64,000 nucleotides of DNA. Source: Mustelus asterias. Lineage: Eukaryota. Below, in pieces: positions 60,401-64,000 of this stretch. Where the stretch lies: contig NC_135825.1 of the NCBI RefSeq assembly GCF_964213995.1, positions 11,842,001 through 11,906,000 on the forward strand, given 5' to 3'. Below the pieces are notes generated by a model. That model was not told where the DNA came from. It saw only the letters and a list, made by a program, of their open reading frames with translations, and ran no database searches. The position numbers and the translations under genes were made by a program. Positions within the stretch are counted from its first letter, which is position 1; each line of letters opens with the position of its first letter.

Positions 60401-63400
60401 CGTCAGGATATGCCACATAGGCATATTGAGGGTTGGCGTGGAGGAGATGGACCTGTTCAACCAAAGGGTCGGACTTGCGGGTCCTAACATGCCGCCGCAG
60501 GAGGACAGGTCCTGAGTGCGTCAACCAAGACGGTAATGAGGTCCCAGAGGAAGAGTTCCTAGGGAAGGAAAACATCCTCTCATGTGGAGTAGCGTTGGTT
60601 GCCGTACACAGGAGTGAGCAGATAGAATGGAGCGCATCAGAGAGTACCTCTTGCCAACAGGAGACTGGAAGACTTTTAGACCTCAATGCCAGTAAGACAG
60701 CCTTCCAGACTGTAGCATTTTAATCATGCAATGTGAGCATCACTGGTAAAGTAAGAATTTGTCTCCCAGCTCTAATTGCTTTTAAACTTGCCCGGCCATT
60801 TCAGAGGATATTTAAGCCGCAATCACATTGCTGTTGGTTTGAAGTCACGTGTCGGCCAGACCAGGTGAAAATGACAGATTTCAAGAACAAAAAACAAATA
60901 AAATTACTGCACAGGACAGGCTCTTCGGCCCTCCAAGCCTGCACCGACCATGCTGCCCGACTGAACTAAAACCCCCCACCCTTCCGGGGACCATATCCCT
61001 CTACTCCCAACCTATTCATGTTTTTGTCTGGCCCCCCGTAAAAGTCACCATCATATCTGCTTCCACTATCTCCCTTGGCAATGCGTTCCGGGCACCCACC
61101 ACCTTCTGTGTAAAAGATTTGCCTTCTACATTTCCTTTAAACCTTGCCCCTCGCACCTTAAGCCTGTGCCCCTCGCAATTGATTCTTCCTCCTTGGGAAA
61201 AAGCTTCTGACTACTCACTCTGTCCATGCACCTCATAATCTTGCAGACTGCTATCAGGTCACCCCACAACCTTTGTCGTTCCAGTGAGAACAAACAAAGT
61301 TTCTCCAACCTCTCCTCATAGCTATTTCTTACCCTAAAGGGCATTAGTGAACAATTGTTGACATCTTCATGGTTTTCATTACTGATCATAGAACCATAGA
61401 ATCCTACAGTGCAGAAGGAGGCCATTCAGCCCATCGAGTCTGCACTGACCACAATCCCACCCAGGCCCGATCCCCATAACACCATGCATTTACCCTAGCT
61501 AGTTCCCCTGACACTAAGGGGGAATTTAGCATGGCCAATCAACCTAACCTGCACATCTTTGGACTGTGGGAGGAAACCGGAGCACCCGGAGGAAACCCAC
61601 GCAGACACGGGGAGAATGTACAAACTCCACACAGGCTGTGGCCCAAGCCGGGAATTGAACCCGGGTCCCTGGCGCCGTGAGGCAGCAGTGCTAACCACTG
61701 TGCCACCGTGCCGCCCATTTGGTGATATTGGCTTTCAATTCCGGATTTATTAATTAATTGAATTTCAATTCCATCAGCTGCCGCGGTGGGATTTGAACCC
61801 ATGCCCCGAGAGCATTAGCCTGGGCCTCTGGATTGCTAGACCAGTGGCATTAGCGCAATGCACTTTCACTCAGGGCAGGCTCAGTTGTCTGAACGACTGG
61901 TTTGTGGTGCAGGGCGATGCCAACAGCACAGGTCCAATTCCCGTACCGGCTGAGGTTATTCATGAAGGCCCCACCTTCTCAACCTTGTCCCTCGCCTGAG
62001 GTGTGGTGACCCTCAGGTTAAGTCACCAGCGGTCAGGTCTCCTCCTTAAAGGAGGAGCCTCTGGTCATCTGGGACTTTACCTTTGCATTATCTCTGAAAT
62101 GGGCATTTAGATTTATGCTGCTCAGCAATTAAAAGCTATTTTCATTTCATGGGATGATTGAGTTGCAATATTTATTCATCTTCTGGCGATACTTTTTGAT
62201 CCTGTCATTTTCCATGAAAAATGAAAATCAATGATTTTTCAGATTGACAAAAAAAAATAACTGGCAACCAGTATGGATGGACATTAATCATAAAAATTAT
62301 TAACCCCATTGTTAGTTGAAAGAAACACTTACCAATGCTGCTCTGTATCACATAACTGCAATTCCCAGTTGTATCGAAGACCAACACATTAACCATTTCA
62401 CTGGATTTTTCTCCCTGGTTATTTGAGGCTGTGCAGTAATATTGATGATGTTGCTGTTTGAAGGATTGACAATGTAGATCCAGTTTATTGGTGTCAGAGA
62501 TCTTTGAATCTTCAGGCGGGGTCTTTTCATACCATGTGTACTGAATGGGAAGTGATCCCTGGACAGACTCACAGGAGACGGACACTGAGCCCCCAGAACA
62601 TGAGGCATTTGGTGGTGATAGAAATTTAAGTTCAGGAACAGACATTGGTTCTGTGGGGAAGAAACAGACATTCAGACACTTGAGTGAACATCTAAGAATC
62701 AAACAATCTGTGATTTTTATCCCTTCAGCATCTCAGCCAGGGGCGGCCATGTTGGAATCTCACCAGCACATCCACGTCTCCACGGGGGCGAATGCTTAAC
62801 TGGGGTTTGTACGTGGGAAGTGTGTTTGTGCTGTCCAGAAAGTTAGAAATACCCAGGAAAGTCGAGTTTGTGCTGAATTTAACAGCAAAATCTGACCAGA
62901 ACTCTTCCAGAATTGAGAGTCTGGCTGGAGTTTGAGCAGAAAAGTCTGTTGTGTAAGATTTGGAATTGGTGGGAGTGTGAGTTCGGGGGACAGTAGCGAG
63001 GAGGGAATCAGGGAGGCTTTATTGGTTGGGGCAGAGTTGGCCAATCATGGGGGTGGGGGGGGCGGGGGGGCGGTGATTGTACAATATATTTGCCTGGGGG
63101 CCAGGGTGAAGCACTCCTGTGCCCCTGGGACCTGAATCCGTGTTGGAAAAGCTGCTGGACCCATCAAATCCCACCGCCATGAACACATTGGGTCCAGAGT
63201 TTGGTCCTGTACTGCTGTGTTTGCTGAACTCCATTGCTGCTGCCCTAGTTGGCAGCTCAGGTGCAGACATTCCCCTAGCCCATCCTGCACGTCTGCACCC
63301 TTCGCTTGAACCATGAGGCAGACTAACCCAAACCTGAATGTGAATCATGTTGTGCTGAGGTCATGTTGGTGAGGGTAGTATATTCACCGTGTGGGGATGA

Positions 63401-64000
63401 TCCCAATGGCAGGCATGATGATAAGGTGCAAATGGATTAAAATTACGTTCTCGCCATTTGACTAAACCAGACTGATTTTTAACCATTCCGCCATATTTTC
63501 CGTTCACGATGCCAAGCGCGCCCATTACCAACTCCGCACAGTTCCTCTTCTGGCCACTGCTGTGTTGTTGCTGCAGGAACTGGATAGTTGTCAGCCAATC
63601 AGATTAGACTCTCCAAGGCAGACTCCCTCCGGAGCGAGGGGCGGATCTCTCACCCAATAAGAATCAGCACACATACGAGCGTTAAATGACATCACGCTAT
63701 CCCAAAAATTCAGGCCCCCGGATCCTGTTAAATTCTGTCGATTGATTCTATTTTATTATATTTGAGGGAATTATACCAGAAGGTACAACTGGCTCTTAAC
63801 TATTTGTCCTTTTGTTTTAATCTAAAAACAAACACCTGACAGTGTGACAAGTTGGTCAGTCCATGAATTGGGTTTGTGGGAGGCAGATTTCCCCAACTTT
63901 GCCCTCTGAGGGGAGCTGGTGGCGTGGTGGTATTGTCACTGATCTAGTAATCCAAAAAACCCAGGGTAATGCTCTGGGGACCTGAGTTCGAATCCTGGCA
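45325..64000 (-). CDS. Gene B (5'-partial, multi-exon): activating-type paralogue, [leader, V outside window]-C2-V-C2-stalk-TM(Arg)-short tail
   Basis: Exons 62650-62333, 58724-58413, 56149-55832, 51329-51233, 49403-49313 and tentatively 45411-45325. GT-AG and phase compatible. No leader exon found in the window. Confidence 0.78.
45960..46242 (+). mobile_element. Penelope-like element 3' end with degenerate hammerhead
   Basis: CTGGCGAAGGAGCAGCGCTCCGAAAGCC...ACCAAATAAACCTG-TGGACTTTAACCTGG, the same terminal sequence as the hairpin elements. Confidence 0.65.
46872..47606 (+). mobile_element. Solo LTR
   Basis: TG...CA ends, exact CATC target-site duplication, internal AATAAA. It interrupts a MITE-like repeat. 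Confidence 0.8.
49313..49403 (-). CDS. Gene B transmembrane exon with charged Arg (NxxR)
   Basis: ccattttgctcag|TTACATT...TCTAAG|gtaggt. SYIIWNVIRWGLFALLVICAVTVTWYPGKSK. Confidence 0.87.
49557..49775 (+). mobile_element. HE1-type V-SINE, 3'-truncated and fused to a Gypsy remnant
   Basis: Head and V-domain present, then an abrupt switch to integrase codons. Confidence 0.8.
49776..50458 (+). mobile_element. Gypsy-like LTR retrotransposon 3' remnant: integrase C-terminus, PPT and 3' LTR (50204-50458)
   Basis: VQLLHANPQYAYVQYLDGREDTVSIRDLAP. Purine tract AAACAGGGGGTGAA, then TG...CA LTR containing TATAAA and AATAAA. Confidence 0.85.
51233..51329 (-). CDS. Gene B mucin-like stalk exon
   Basis: ctcaatag|GACCTAAA...AGTAAAAG|gtac, 97 nt. 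GPKYTCEDFTTISTTISPTTLTTSSGSTFVSK. Confidence 0.85.
51958..52303 (-). mobile_element. HE1-type V-SINE
   Basis: Reverse-complement match to the other copies. Confidence 0.88.
54380..54825 (-). mobile_element. CR1/HER1 3' fragment (duplicated at ~60883-61326)
   Basis: [24 protein letters not shown] plus CR1 tail. Confidence 0.8.
54886..55215 (-). mobile_element. HE1-type V-SINE (duplicated at ~61387-61716)
   Basis: Reverse-complement match to the other copies. Confidence 0.88.
55832..56149 (-). CDS. Gene B IgC2 exon
   Basis: cccacag|AACCAATG...AGCATTG|gtaagt. [41 protein letters not shown]...[10 protein letters not shown]. Confidence 0.92.
58413..58724 (-). CDS. Gene B IgV exon (CD300/pIgR type)
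   Basis: ctcctcag|TTTCAGGTGCATTGTGG...TCTAACG|gtgcgt, 312 nt. VSGALWAKEEVRGIVGRSITIDCHY...KYWCRGWNRQC...DAGWYSCGI. Confidence 0.92.
59680..60718 (-). mobile_element. Gypsy-like LTR retrotransposon 3' remnant: integrase, PPT and 3' LTR (59680-59986), cut at the duplication junction
   Basis: WQEVLSDALHSICSLLCTATNATPHERMF...LLHANPQYAYVAYPDGRED. PPT AAAGGAGGGGTGAA; TG...CA LTR. Confidence 0.88.
60718..64000. repeat. Recent tandem duplication, copy 2 (truncated by window end), of ~54215-57496
   Basis: Near-identical colinear sequence at offset ~6501-6504, including the CR1 fragment, HE1 SINE and C2 exon. Confidence 0.95.
62333..62650 (-). CDS. Gene B duplicated IgC2 exon (upstream copy)
   Basis: 318 nt with intact acceptor and donor; three nucleotide differences from 55832-56149. 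Confidence 0.85.

Noticed and set aside
5525-61802. Many recurring ORFs such as [12 protein letters not shown]...[17 protein letters not shown] and [12 protein letters not shown]
   Set aside because: They are translations of HE1 SINE copies in different frames, not a protein family.
1-64000. CRISPR arrays, rRNA, true tRNA genes, prokaryotic operons
   Set aside because: None seen. The tRNA-like A/B boxes are SINE heads and the repeats are dispersed transposons.

Overview
Eukaryotic, repeat-dense DNA. The many HE1-type V-SINEs, HER1/CR1 LINEs and Deu-domain SINEs point to a cartilaginous fish, probably a shark (inference). Most ORFs in the supplied track are repeat-derived. Two tandem minus-strand immunoglobulin-superfamily receptor genes can be rebuilt by hand from GT-AG sites with consistent phases. 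Gene A (40302->10158, 7 coding exons, 407 aa) is complete: leader, CD300/pIgR-type IgV, FCRL-like IgC2, stalk, neutral TM, and a tail with four ITIM/ITSM-type tyrosine motifs, so it is predicted inhibitory. Gene B (5' end beyond 64000, down to 49313 and tentatively 45325) is a paralogue with an NxxR-type arginine TM and a short tail, so it is predicted activating. Gene B has a recent ~6.5 kb intragenic tandem duplication of its V-C2 cassette, with the breakpoint inside a Gypsy-like element. The two genes look like a paired activating/inhibitory receptor locus, possibly of the elasmobranch MDIR/CD300-like family. The remainder is nested transposable elements: CR1/HER1, Rex1/Babar-like and L2-like LINEs, several SINE families, solo LTRs, Gypsy and retrovirus-like remnants, MITEs, and Penelope-derived hairpin elements with hammerhead-ribozyme cores.
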